NCBI GenBank assembly: GCA_963674755.2
Contig: CAXXVS010000002.1
Span: forward strand, 1,824,001-1,888,000
Reading direction: 5' to 3'
Source: Desulfobacterales bacterium
GTDB taxonomy: Bacteria > Desulfobacterota > Desulfobacteria > Desulfobacterales > UBA5852
Length of the DNA stretch: 64,000 nucleotides
The notes under the pieces were generated by a model. It was not told the DNA's origin and ran no database searches. It saw only the letters and a program-made list of their open reading frames with translations. Shown one piece after another: positions 50,542 through 60,453 of the stretch. A program made the position numbers and the translations under genes. How positions within the stretch are numbered: position 1 is the first letter of the stretch; each line of letters starts with the position of its first letter.

Positions 50542-51504
50542 ATGAATACAGCAGATATCAAAACAATTGGGATCGTCGGTGCCGGACTCATGGGCCATGG
50601 GATTGCGCAGGTGTTTGCCTTCCGTGGTTTTCGCGTCCGAATCTTCGATGTGGATGGCGCCGCGCTGCTGGCCGTGCCGGATCGCATCAGGGAAAATGCC
50701 GTCGTTTTTGAGGAATTGGGGCTGATATCATCGGAAGAAATTGCCCAGGGTCTGGACAGCATCACGCTCTGTAAGACGCTGCCGGACCTGGTGGACGACG
50801 CCCAGGTGGTCATCGAGGCGGTCAGCGAAAAACTGGCCCTCAAACGATCCGTTTTCAAGGAAGTCGAACGCCACGCAGCCGCCGACGCCCTTTTGTGCAG
50901 CAATACCTCGGCCATCAGCATTACCGATATCAGCCAGGGGTTGCGGCGTCGCGAACGGTTCCTGGGAACGCATTTTTGGAACCCGCCCCATGTGCTGCCC
51001 TGCGTGGAAGTCATCAAAGGGCAAGCCACTTCGGAACAGGCCTTCGATACCGTCTGTGAATTGCTCCAATCGGCGGGCAAGGACCCCGTCCGGGTGCTGA
51101 AAGATGTTCCCGGATTCCTCGGCAACCGGTTGCAGCACGCCATGTGGCGTGAAGCCGTGGCCATGGTCGAAATGGGAATCGCCCATCCGGAAGACATCGA
51201 CAAGGTCGTCAAAAACGGCTTCGGCCTGCGCTGTGCTTTCCTGGGTCCCCTGGAAACCGCCGACCTGGCGGGAATCGATCTGTCCCGGGAGGTGCATGCC
51301 TACCTTTTCCCTTTTTTAACATCGACGACCGAGCCGTCCCCTGTACTGGATGAAATGTGCCGCACAAACAAACTGGGCGCCAAGACCGGCCAGGGCTTCC
51401 ATCACTGGCCGGAGGCCAAACGGCAGGGCTTTGTAAGGCAACGTGATGAAACCCTACTGAAAATCCTTGCGATGCGACGGCCGAAGGAAAAAGCCGCGGA
51501 ATGA
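50542..51504 (+). CDS. 3-hydroxyacyl-CoA dehydrogenase family (carnitine dehydrogenase / lambda-crystallin-like)
   Basis: 'GAGLMG', 'SNTS', 'HFWNPP', 'GNRLQHAMWREA'. Confidence 0.9.
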   Translation: MNTADIKTIGIVGAGLMGHGIAQVFAFRGFRVRIFDVDGAALLAVPDRIRENAVVFEELGLISSEEIAQGLDSITLCKTLPDLVDDAQVVIEAVSEKLALKRSVFKEVERHAAADALLCSNTSAISITDISQGLRRRERFLGTHFWNPPHVLPCVEVIKGQATSEQAFDTVCELLQSAGKDPVRVLKDVPGFLGNRLQHAMWREAVAMVEMGIAHPEDIDKVVKNGFGLRCAFLGPLETADLAGIDLSREVHAYLFPFLTSTTEPSPVLDEMCRTNKLGAKTGQGFHHWPEAKRQGFVRQRDETLLKILAMRRPKEKAAE

Positions 51505-51574
51505 CACCCGTCCACATGACAAAACTCCCGTCGGGGCGATAGCGCGATCCGACCCAAACCGTTAGGCGGTCATT

Positions 51575-52495
51575 ATGCGTAAAGCGATTGTTACAGCAGC
51601 GACCACAGGGGGCATCCACACCCCCGGCATGTCCCCGCATCTTCCCATTACCCCCGAACAGATCGCCGAAGATGCCCTCAAGGCCCACAAGGCGGGGGCG
51701 GCCGTGGCCCACATCCACGTTCGCGACCCGCAAACCGGCCAACCGTCGGCGGACCCCGATCTTTTCGGCGAAGTCCTCTCCAGGATCAAACGCCACTCCG
51801 ATATGATCGTATGCCTGACCACCGGCGGCGGGCTCGGCCAGACGACGGAACAGCGGGTGACGCCGGTGAAGCGTTTCCGTCCCGAACTGGCTTCCCTGAA
51901 CGCCGGCTCGATCAACTTCGCGTTGTTTCAGGTGCTTGCCAAAAACCCGAGTTTCAAGTTCGACTGGGAAGAACCCTACCTGGCCATGACGGAAGACTTG
52001 ATTTTCCCGAACACCTTCAAAACCCTGCGTGAATTTTCCGCCGTCCTCCAGTCGCAACAGGTCAAACCCGAATTTGAGATTTATGACGCCGGCATGCTGA
52101 ACAACCTGGCCTTTATGATCGACCGGGGGCATGTCAAAAAGCCCGTATACCTGCAATTTGTTTTAGGGATCCTGGGCGGCATGCAGCCCACCGTCAACAA
52201 TCTGCTGTTTCTTTGCAACTCGGCGCGCGAGTTGATCGGCGATTTTGAATGGTCCGTATGTGCGGCGGGTAAACATCAGTTCAACATGGGCACCGCCGCC
52301 CTGCTTCTGGGAGGCCATGTGCGGGTGGGGCTGGAAGACAACCTTTTCTTAAAAAAAGGGGTTCTGGCCCAAAGCAGTGCCGAACAGGTTGCGAAAATTG
52401 TACGAATCGGCCGGGAGCTGGAAATCGAACCGGCCACACCGGCGGAAGCCCGTGCAATGCTGGGCCTGAAGGGGCTTGGCGGCGTCGGCTTTTAG
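51575..52495 (+). CDS. Beta-keto acid cleavage enzyme (BKACE / DUF849, Kce family)
   Basis: 'AGAAVAHIHVRD', 'PELASLNAGS', 'GGHVRVGLEDN'. Confidence 0.93.
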   Translation: MRKAIVTAATTGGIHTPGMSPHLPITPEQIAEDALKAHKAGAAVAHIHVRDPQTGQPSADPDLFGEVLSRIKRHSDMIVCLTTGGGLGQTTEQRVTPVKRFRPELASLNAGSINFALFQVLAKNPSFKFDWEEPYLAMTEDLIFPNTFKTLREFSAVLQSQQVKPEFEIYDAGMLNNLAFMIDRGHVKKPVYLQFVLGILGGMQPTVNNLLFLCNSARELIGDFEWSVCAAGKHQFNMGTAALLLGGHVRVGLEDNLFLKKGVLAQSSAEQVAKIVRIGRELEIEPATPAEARAMLGLKGLGGVGF

Positions 52496-52552
52496 AACGC
52501 CTCTCAAAAACAATCCAATTTACAGAAATCAACCTTTCGGACAGGATCGAAA

Positions 52553-52963
52553 ATGAACGATCGTTTGAACAAAATAATAGCGCTGCCCCTGCACCAATTC
52601 CTGGGCTTAACCGCCCTAAGCTCCGATGCCGGCCGCGGCGCGTTGTCCATCACCATAACCGAAAATCTGATCAACCCGGCCGGGATATTCCACGGGGGCG
52701 TCATCTATGTCCTCAGCGATGTCTGCGCCTATGCCGGCCTTCTCGGCCTTTTAGACGAAGACACCGAAGCGGTAACCCATGATATCCAGATATCCGTCAT
52801 GCGCTCCGCTAAATTGGCCGACGTGGTGGATTTTCAATCCGAGGTCGTCAAATTGGGGAAGACTATCTGCTTTATCGATGTCAAGGTCACCGTAGGTGGC
52901 GAAATCATCGCTTCCGCGCGCGTGACAAAGTCAATCCGACGAATGCGTCCGCAGCAGACGTGA
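52553..52963 (+). CDS. PaaI-family hotdog thioesterase
   Basis: 'NPAGIFHGG...LSD'. Confidence 0.88.
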   Translation: MNDRLNKIIALPLHQFLGLTALSSDAGRGALSITITENLINPAGIFHGGVIYVLSDVCAYAGLLGLLDEDTEAVTHDIQISVMRSAKLADVVDFQSEVVKLGKTICFIDVKVTVGGEIIASARVTKSIRRMRPQQT

Positions 52964-53126
52964 AGCGATAGTTGGATTGTACCCCGGGGGTGAGCTCTTT
53001 TCCTGCCAAAGCCTCACGTATACGAAAAGGGGCATCGCCCGGAGACGGGAACCCCCTGGTTTGATTGGCGCCTCCGGAGCGAGGCGAACATGCGGCTTGC
53101 TGAATTGAAAAAAGATTCGGTGCGCG

Positions 53127-53852
53127 TCACAAAATCATCCTGAAGAATTCCCTGGCACGATTTTGCTGTGGATTATTGAACACCTCGGCAGGCTCGCCCT
53201 TCTCTATAATCATGCCTTCATCCATGAAAATGAGCTGATGGCCGACTTCTTTGGCAAACCCCATCTCATGGGTTACCACGAGCATGGTCATTCCCTTTTC
53301 CGCCAACTTGCGCATGACTTCGAGGACCTCCCCCACCAATTCCGGGTCCAGCGCACTGGTGGGTTCGTCGAATAGCATCACCTTGGGCTCCATGGCCAAA
53401 GCCCTGGCGATAGCGACACGCTGCTGCTGCCCTCCGGACAGCTGGCTGGGATAGTGATGGGATCGATCCGCGAGCCCCACGTCGGCAAGGCGGACGCTGG
53501 CTGCCTCCCGGCAACGCTTCATGGGGAGCTTCTTGACGACCCTAAGGCCGATAGCGACATTGTCGAGAGCGGTAAAATGCGGGAAGAGGTTGAAGTTTTG
53601 AAACACCATACCGACTTCCGACCTCAGCCGGTAGATATCGATACCAGGGCTGTGGACATTCACGCCGTTGACGATCACCTGGCCGGAATCGATGGGTTCA
53701 AGGGCATTGATAACCCGCAATAACGTTGATTTCCCCGAACCGCTCGGCCCCACGATGACCAGCACCTGGCCTTTTTCAACTTCGAGGCTGACACCGTTAA
53801 TAACCTTCAGTTGGTCAAACGATTTTTTGATATTGTCAAGTTGCACGATCAT
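53127..53852 (-). CDS. Polar amino acid ABC ATP-binding protein (GlnQ-like)
   Basis: 'GPSGSGKST', '[15 protein letters not shown]', '[10 protein letters not shown]'. Confidence 0.95.
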   Translation of the reverse strand: MIVQLDNIKKSFDQLKVINGVSLEVEKGQVLVIVGPSGSGKSTLLRVINALEPIDSGQVIVNGVNVHSPGIDIYRLRSEVGMVFQNFNLFPHFTALDNVAIGLRVVKKLPMKRCREAASVRLADVGLADRSHHYPSQLSGGQQQRVAIARALAMEPKVMLFDEPTSALDPELVGEVLEVMRKLAEKGMTMLVVTHEMGFAKEVGHQLIFMDEGMIIEKGEPAEVFNNPQQNRAREFFRMIL

Positions 53853-54502
53853 GGGATTTTAAACCGCTTTTCCAAATTTTGGATGAAATAGGCCAACACT
53901 TGCGTCAGACTTATGTAAATGAGGGCCACCAGCGTAAATACCTGCATGTTCTCGAAGGTTGTCGAGGCCAGCAACTGTCCGGAACGCGTTAACTCGCGGA
54001 CGGTAATAACGCTGGCCAGGGACGAGTCTTTGAGCAGAATGATGAAGGAGGTTCCCAAAGGGGGCAAAATCGTCCGCGCCGCCTGCGGAAGGATGATGCG
54101 TGCCATGATCTGGTAGTTTTTGAAACCGATGGCCCTCGCGGCCTCCCACTGGCCCGAACTGATGGAAATAATGCCGGCCCTGAATATTTCGGCGTGATAG
54201 GCCGAGTAGCAGATACTCAGGCCAATGATACCGGCCTGAAGGGCCGTCAACTGAATACCGATGTCCGGCAAGACGAAATAGACATAGAACATCTGAACGA
54301 GCAGGGGGGTACCTCGAACGACGTTGATTATCACCCGCATCGTCTTTTGCAGAAGGCCGTAGCGGCTTAGCAGAGCCAATGCCCACAAAAACCCGAGGAC
54401 CGTCGACAACACGATGGAAGCCACGGTAATCTCCACCGTGTAGACCGTCCCTTTAAGCAGGATGGGCATAAAGTCGATGAAATTTTCGATCCAGTTCTCC
54501 AT
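53849..54502 (-). CDS. Polar amino acid ABC permease
   Basis: 'RGTPLLVQ', EAA motif '[10 protein letters not shown]'. Confidence 0.95.
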   Translation of the reverse strand: MENWIENFIDFMPILLKGTVYTVEITVASIVLSTVLGFLWALALLSRYGLLQKTMRVIINVVRGTPLLVQMFYVYFVLPDIGIQLTALQAGIIGLSICYSAYHAEIFRAGIISISSGQWEAARAIGFKNYQIMARIILPQAARTILPPLGTSFIILLKDSSLASVITVRELTRSGQLLASTTFENMQVFTLVALIYISLTQVLAYFIQNLEKRFKIP

Positions 54503-54674
54503 GATATCCCACGCGCCAGGCCGGAAAGATTGCGAGAGGCTCCGGGAAAACCCGCCGGGCAGTCTGGAGCCTCTTCAGGTTAGCGTTACTGCAACCCCCG
54601 CGATGCCGCCTTTTGCACTGAAAACATCGTCAACCGGGCATTCCGCCAGGGGCGGCAAAGCATGGATCCGGACG

Positions 54675-55451
54675 TCATCCCCACTTCTTCAGAATTTCAG
54701 TCATGCGGCCGCTTTCTTGCAATTCTTGGACAACCTTGTTGACTTCCTCGAGCAGCTTGGGATCGGTTTTGTTGACACCGACACCGATCTGGCCGCACAT
54801 GACCGGCTCATAGCTTTCGACGACCCTGACATTGAATTCAGGCTTGGTCTTGGCCAGGTAGCGGGCGACGGGGCCGTCGCCAACGAAAGCATCGATGCGG
54901 CCGTTGGTGATTTCCAGAAGAACATCGCCGATATTGTCGTATATATTGACGTTGATAACGCCCCGCTCTTCCAGTCCCTTGGTGTAGACGGTGCCCACCT
55001 GGGCCCCCACGCGCAGTCCCTGAAGGTCCTCGATGCGTTTGTAGTTCTTGGTGTCGCTGGTTTTGACCACCAAGGCCTCGCAATAGGGGTAGACCGGGTT
55101 GGAAAAGTCGATCACCTCCTTGCGCTTGTCTGTAATGTACATGGCCGCGCAGATGAGGTCGATCTTGTGGGTGTCGAGACTCGGGATGAGCGCTGCCCAG
55201 GGGGTCTCCACAACTTCCAGCTCCACGCCGAGATAGTCGGCAATGACCTGTCCCACGTCCACCATGATCCCCACCACCTTACCGCTTTTTGTATCCAGAA
55301 AGGTGGCCGGCACGCCGGTTACCGTCGAACCGATGCGTAGCTTGCCGGCGGCTTTTATGCGCGTGACGGCGTCGTCGGCCGCCAGGGTCGTTGTGCTCAA
55401 AACGGCCACGAGCATGAGGGCTAAAACAGACAGGACGATGCGTTTCTTCAT
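54675..55451 (-). CDS. Polar amino acid ABC substrate-binding protein
   Basis: Signal peptide, 'MYITDKRKEVIDFS.P', 'GAQVGT'. Confidence 0.93.
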   Translation of the reverse strand: MKKRIVLSVLALMLVAVLSTTTLAADDAVTRIKAAGKLRIGSTVTGVPATFLDTKSGKVVGIMVDVGQVIADYLGVELEVVETPWAALIPSLDTHKIDLICAAMYITDKRKEVIDFSNPVYPYCEALVVKTSDTKNYKRIEDLQGLRVGAQVGTVYTKGLEERGVINVNIYDNIGDVLLEITNGRIDAFVGDGPVARYLAKTKPEFNVRVVESYEPVMCGQIGVGVNKTDPKLLEEVNKVVQELQESGRMTEILKKWG

Positions 55452-55606
55452 TGTTCTCCTCCTTTGATTGGCCCCGTGGGATTAATTGGGAGGTTTCCCC
55501 GCCCGCCTCTCCGGGGTCGTTTGCAAAAAGACACTGCTGTCATTGACTTAGGGCGATAGGCAACAACAAGGAATGGCCTCGGTCCTCCCCAGAAGATATT
55601 CGCAAC

Positions 55607-56800
55607 CTATTTCGAATCCGGGTAGGCCGGGTAGGCCGTATGCACATTGAGCTTCAGGCCCCGCTGGGCCAGCCCTTTAAAAAAGGCTTCGGGCGGGATG
55701 CATGCCTCCGCCGGCAGGGCGCCGCGTTTTTCAATCCTGCCGTCCCCAAGCATCCGCAGGGTCAAGGCCAATGGGAAACCGACGGTAAAGGGGCCAGCCG
55801 CCATGGACCAGGGTTCATAAGGGTGGCACATCAGCTCGGTGCGAATGAAATACTCGCGTCCGTCCTTAAGTCCGGTCACATCCACGAACAGGGCTTTATG
55901 GTCATCCGGTTTGCCGCTTGGCTTCGGTAGCTGCTCGGTCAGAGCGACCAGCATTTCGCGGGGGGAAACTTCCTTGCCGCCTATTTGCATGGGATCCTTG
56001 CGGCCAAACCCCAGTGCCGTCAAAAACCGCAATTTGTCTTCGAACACCTTGGGCAGGGAGAGCTTGAAGCTCATGTCCTTCAAGCCCTTGTCACGGAAGG
56101 TAGTCGGTACGGTGGCAACTTCCGAGTGGATGGTCGCGAAAACCGTCTGCGTTCCCACGGGCTCGGGGAAATCGATTTCTTCCGGGCGCGCGAACGGCTC
56201 CAGCTCTTTCCAGTCGCCATCCTCGAAGATAAATGGATTTTGGATGAATTCATCCAGGATCGTTTCCATGCTGTAGGGAACCGCCAGGGGGGTTTCCGCC
56301 GGTGCCAGATTGACGATGCCGTCGCGAATGTGAAACGCGTGAACCTCGTCGAGCATATCCACGGCATAGCGCCCCATGACATTGACCATACCGGGAGCCG
56401 TGCCCATGCCGAGGACCGCTGTCAGGCCGCGCGCCCTGAAATCCGAGTCCAGCTTCATCTGTTTGCGGGCAAAATGAAACAGACCTCCCATATCCGTGTA
56501 ATGGACCCCCTCCGCCAGGCAAGCCTCCATAACTTGAAGGTTCCGGTGATGACCGGTGCAGTTGGCCACCGCAGCGCACCCTTTGATGGCCGTCCGCAAG
56601 GCGTCACCATTGTCCACCTGGCAGGTGGCCATCGAAAATTTGCCCCCTCCGTATTTTTGGGCCCGGCGCTCCATTTCCGGCTTGGTCATATCCTGATCGA
56701 TGAGCACAACCTGGTCCACATCCGCCGACTCGGCCAGATCAGGGAGTGCTCCCAGGGCCATCCGTCCAGCAGCCCCCACGATACCAATTTTCATCGTCAT
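55607..56800 (-). CDS. Saccharopine dehydrogenase / lysine 6-dehydrogenase family oxidoreductase
   Basis: 'GAAGRMA', 'ACLAEGVHYTD', 'GMGTAPG..N', 'HSE'. Confidence 0.88.
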   Translation of the reverse strand: MTMKIGIVGAAGRMALGALPDLAESADVDQVVLIDQDMTKPEMERRAQKYGGGKFSMATCQVDNGDALRTAIKGCAAVANCTGHHRNLQVMEACLAEGVHYTDMGGLFHFARKQMKLDSDFRARGLTAVLGMGTAPGMVNVMGRYAVDMLDEVHAFHIRDGIVNLAPAETPLAVPYSMETILDEFIQNPFIFEDGDWKELEPFARPEEIDFPEPVGTQTVFATIHSEVATVPTTFRDKGLKDMSFKLSLPKVFEDKLRFLTALGFGRKDPMQIGGKEVSPREMLVALTEQLPKPSGKPDDHKALFVDVTGLKDGREYFIRTELMCHPYEPWSMAAGPFTVGFPLALTLRMLGDGRIEKRGALPAEACIPPEAFFKGLAQRGLKLNVHTAYPAYPDSK

Positions 56801-56934
56801 CTCCTTGCAAAATCGTCTTTAGAAAAGCCTTTCGGGTCGAGGCCGGCATGGGCAGGACGAAAACCTGCGCATTGAAAAAGACATCGCCTCTGAAAGGGGT
56901 TGATCAGGTTTGGAAGCTATCAGGCATTGCATCA

Positions 56935-56950
56935 ATCAAGATGTATGCCA
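56935..56950 (-). promoter_or_regulatory. Putative sigma54 promoter of the dehydrogenase-ABC operon
   Basis: Minus strand TGGCAT-ACATC-TTGAT (variant -12 element). Confidence 0.55.
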
Positions 56951-57069
56951 TCAGCAAAAGGTCGCTTGGACAAAACCGATACAAGGGGGAGAAATATCCA
57001 TCATACGGCTGGGATGACGCTCTTGGGAAAATATGAAGCACATTTTTTGGTGAACCAACGACGCCAGAA

Positions 57070-57116
57070 TTGCATATACGCAATTGCACAAATGCAATTT
57101 ATTTGCAGCCATGCAA
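57070..57116. promoter_or_regulatory. Three tandem enhancer (UAS) palindromes TTGCA-N4-YGCAA
   Basis: 57070-57083 ttgcatatacgcaa; 57084-57097 ttgcacaaatgcaa; 57103-57116 ttgcagccatgcaa. Confidence 0.7.
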
Positions 57117-57120
57117 TTAC

Positions 57121-58869
57121 CTACCCATCAGCTTGGGTATATTTTCTGGAACGCTTCAGGCCATATTTTTGGAGTTTGCGCGTCACCGTTGCCGGATCTA
57201 TCCCCAGAGCCGAGGCCAGCGCTTTTTGGTTGGGAAAAGTTTGCAGCGCTTCCTGCAGCAGCCGCTGTTCAAAGCCCCATATCCTCTGTTTAAGATCCCA
57301 GCTGAGATGAGGCGGCTCGGCGACGGTGGACACATCCGGTTGGCTGGCGCTTTCGCCAGGATGTACGGCTGCGCGTATGTAGCCCGGCAGATCGGAAAGG
57401 CGCACCACTTCCGAGGAAGCCATGACGACGATCTGTTCGCACAGATGAATGAGTTCCCGCACGTTGCCCGGAAAAGCATACGTCAAAAGGGCGTCCATGG
57501 CCTCCATGGAAAGGGTTACGGGTCGATCGAACTTTCCTGCAAAATGGGCGATGAAGTGATTTACGAGGGCGGGAATATCTTCCTGCCGCTGGCTGAGGGG
57601 CGCGATCTCCAGGGGAACCACTCGGAGGCGATAGAATAAATCCTGCCGGAAGCCGCCTTGCGCCACCATGCCCTCGAGATCACGGTTCGTGGCCGCAACA
57701 ACGCGGATATCCAGTTGTCGGCCCTTGGTCGAACCCACCCGGAAAAAAGTGCCGTCATCCAGAAATCGAAGCAATTTCACTTGGGCCATGGATGGGATTT
57801 CCGCTACCTCGTCCAGAAAAAGGGTGCTCTGGTGGGCCAGTTCGACCAGTCCGGCCTTGCCTTCCTTGCGGGCCCCGGTAAATGCCCCGGGGTCATACCC
57901 GAAAAATTCCGATTCAAACAGGTTTTCCGGTATCGCCCCGCAGTTGACGCGGATCAGTGGCCGCTGGGATCGGGCCGAACTGCGGTGAATCAATTCGGCG
58001 ATCTTCTCCTTGCCGGACCCGGAGGGCCCCGTAATCAAAACGTTGGAGCTGACTTTGGCCGCCATGATCGCCTTTTCGATCAAACGCTGCATGCTGGCCG
58101 AGCGATAGACAATGTCGTCCTTTACGATTTCGGCAACATGATGATCGATCAACTGATCCTGAAATCGGGTGGAGATGGCCGTCTTGGACATGATCTCGTC
58201 CCGAAGTTTTTCCAAATGCCCCAGATCGCGGTCATTGCATACCACCATGACGATCTCCCCGCTTTCGTCAAAAACGGGGTTGCCGGTGGTCAGAATGTGC
58301 CGGCCGTCCCAGGTAATCTGGACTGTAGTGACCATCTGGCGGGTTTCCAGGACTTCCAGGGTGACAGAAGTATCGAAGTAGCCCTCGGCAACCAGATCGC
58401 GCATGTTGCGACCGACAAACGTTTCGGCTTTCATCCCGGATTTGCGTTCAAACGCCTTGCTGATCTTGATCACGTTGGCCTGATGATCGCATATCCACAG
58501 ACCGTCGAAGGAGGCATCGATGATGGCCTTGAACTGTTCGTTGAGCTCCTTGCTGTCGTCGCGATCATTCGGACCGCGCAGCCAGCAGATCAAACCATCG
58601 GCCCGCTGGTCCGATACAGGGTAGGCATCCATGACAAGCGCCTCAGCACCACGGCCTAAACGCACGCCGATCCGACCGCGCCCGGTGTACATCACATCTT
58701 CAAACTGCGGCCATTGCTGTGGATAGCGCGAAGCGATATTGCGGTCATCCCCAAGACGCATTTTGCGGACGCAATCCTCACTGCCCAAGACCACGCGCCC
58801 CTCGGCATCGAAGATCAAAACCCTGTCGATCAGGGCAGAAGGAAGGCCATAATCGTTATTATTTGGCAT
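57121..58869 (-). CDS. PAS-domain sigma54-dependent transcriptional activator (bEBP)
   Basis: 'GPSGSGKE', 'ESEFFGY..GAFTGA', 'LFLDEV', C-terminal HTH. Confidence 0.95.
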   Translation of the reverse strand: MPNNNDYGLPSALIDRVLIFDAEGRVVLGSEDCVRKMRLGDDRNIASRYPQQWPQFEDVMYTGRGRIGVRLGRGAEALVMDAYPVSDQRADGLICWLRGPNDRDDSKELNEQFKAIIDASFDGLWICDHQANVIKISKAFERKSGMKAETFVGRNMRDLVAEGYFDTSVTLEVLETRQMVTTVQITWDGRHILTTGNPVFDESGEIVMVVCNDRDLGHLEKLRDEIMSKTAISTRFQDQLIDHHVAEIVKDDIVYRSASMQRLIEKAIMAAKVSSNVLITGPSGSGKEKIAELIHRSSARSQRPLIRVNCGAIPENLFESEFFGYDPGAFTGARKEGKAGLVELAHQSTLFLDEVAEIPSMAQVKLLRFLDDGTFFRVGSTKGRQLDIRVVAATNRDLEGMVAQGGFRQDLFYRLRVVPLEIAPLSQRQEDIPALVNHFIAHFAGKFDRPVTLSMEAMDALLTYAFPGNVRELIHLCEQIVVMASSEVVRLSDLPGYIRAAVHPGESASQPDVSTVAEPPHLSWDLKQRIWGFEQRLLQEALQTFPNQKALASALGIDPATVTRKLQKYGLKRSRKYTQADG

Positions 58870-59429
58870 TGAAGCTCCGATTGAATTTTAGACGGGCGGT
58901 CCATCGCGATGAATGGATCCGAACATACGCTATCAATGGATAGCGCTTAACCCAGGCGCTAATCGACGTGACCTGGCGGTTAACATCAACTATCCTGAGA
59001 GCTGTGTCAACCAATTGCCCACACGCCGATTTGAGATCGTTTTGCCATACCCGCTACCCGGAATCGGGACGATCGGTTTGGGCCGTCATTTCGAACGCGA
59101 TCCGGAATCCGGTTTTGCCCGTTTCAATTGAAACCTATCGGCGCGTATCCGTGTCCGTCTGTGCCGAATTGAAGGCCTTTTGGTCTTTACGCTGTTGGCG
59201 AAGCCCCAAATGATGATTTGGTTTTCCGGATCAGTGTCCACCAGCGTTCACCTGTATCCCATTTTCGTAAGGTTAGATTGCCATCTAATCGTTTCCCAAA
59301 TTTCTTTCGAAATGGGATGGGAATAGCAAAAAAACAGACGCCCTCCTCCCCTCCCGCCGCACCCGCCGCGTTTTGCCCGGCGTCCGCCCCGACATCAACG
59401 TCGGCCGACCCTCCCGGCCATCCTCACCG

Positions 59430-59645
59430 AGCGTCTGACCCCTTCAAGGGGCCTACGAAGGTCGCCCTAGTGACGGCAAGGGTCCGAAGCATTATCGTCC
59501 GGTGGATGGGCGCTTGAATATACCGGGCGGTCGCGACCCACGCCGGGAGCCCGGGGCAATCCGCCGCGCGGGTATGATGGGCCGCATGCGAAGCAATCAA
59601 GGGACAGACCGCTAAGATCAGAAACCCGCCTCGGCTGGGCACAGA
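59430..59645 (+). other. Structured non-coding segment; possible orphan IS110-family non-coding end
   Basis: No credible ORF; nested stems. Resemblance to IS110 ends is from memory and unverified. Confidence 0.35.
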
Positions 59646-59722
59646 GCTGCCCTATAGCGACAGAGCGTTTTTCAACCACGGCGGTTGCGCGCCAAATCAT
59701 CTTGAACCAAGGAGTTTGGACC

Positions 59723-60094
59723 ATGCCACGTCTGCCGTTTTTCTGGTGGGTGCCTTGGGGGCGGGTATCCGAAGTGGACGCCGCCGACCTGGAAAAGGAG
59801 CTGCAAGGAGACGCTCCGCCGCAACTTCTGGATGTAAGGACGCGGCGGGAATTCAGAACCGGGCACATCGCGGGGGCGGTCCATGTTCCGATTGGGGCGC
59901 TTCGATCCAGGGTGCCGCACCTCCCCTTTGATCCGCGGCGCCCGATTGTGGCGATTTGTCTCTCGGCCCACAGGAATATTCCGGCCGTTAGGATGCTGAA
60001 ATCAGCCGGGTTCAAGGACGCCCGGCAACTGGCTGGCGGCATGTTGGCATGGCGCCGCAAGGGGTTGCCCACCCGATCGGATCACAGGCTTTAA
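59723..60094 (+). CDS. Rhodanese-like domain protein
   Basis: 'LLDVRT..EF..GHIAGA.HVP', active-site 'CLSAHR', 'LAGGMLAW'; AAGGAG RBS. Confidence 0.9.
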   Translation: MPRLPFFWWVPWGRVSEVDAADLEKELQGDAPPQLLDVRTRREFRTGHIAGAVHVPIGALRSRVPHLPFDPRRPIVAICLSAHRNIPAVRMLKSAGFKDARQLAGGMLAWRRKGLPTRSDHRL

Positions 60095-60108
60095 AAACAG
60101 AGTCGATC

Positions 60109-60270
60109 CTCACGCAAAGACGCAAAGTACGCAAAGAAGGTCAAAATCCCTGTGTCTCGCGCCCAGCCGCCAAGACCACCAAGAAAAACGCAACCGATGT
60201 TTTTTTCGGCCTCCGGCCGACATACCATTTTTGTTCGCAGTACTTTGCGTCCTTGGCGGCTTTGCGTGAG
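60109..60270. repeat. REP-like inverted repeat (ctcacgcaaag-nCGCnAAG arms)
   Basis: Left arm ctcacgcaaagacgcaaagtacgcaaag, right arm ctttgcgtccttggcggctttgcgtgag, degenerate internal arm; lone arm also at 22759-22777. Confidence 0.7.
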
Positions 60271-60311
60271 ACTGAAGTTGCTTTTGCGGTAATTGCGGTT
60301 TCGGGGGAGCA

Positions 60312-60350
60312 CAAAAAAACCGGCCCCCTCGTAAAGTCAAGGAGCCGGTT
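60312..60350 (-). terminator. Intrinsic terminator, expression platform of the second riboswitch
   Basis: Minus strand aaccggctccttg...cgagggggccggtt followed by a U-tract. Confidence 0.8.
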
Positions 60351-60362
60351 CTGATTATCCCT

Positions 60363-60436
60363 ATGGCAACCCGGCTGTCTCCATAAGACCCGTGGCTTTC
60401 CGTCCCCGCCTCGCGGCGGGTTTGGCTATCGCGTGT
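60363..60436 (-). ncRNA. c-di-GMP-I (GEMM) riboswitch aptamer, second copy
   Basis: Minus strand cgatagCCAAACccgcc-gcga-ggcggGGACGGAAAGCCacgggtctt..agacagccgggttgcc; G at the position-20 equivalent. Confidence 0.92.
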
Positions 60437-60453
60437 GGTTTGCTTCGCTTTGT

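Noticed and set aside
60109..60270. Short repeats considered as a CRISPR array
   Set aside because: Units are 8-9 bp in inverted arms with no unique spacers and no cas genes.
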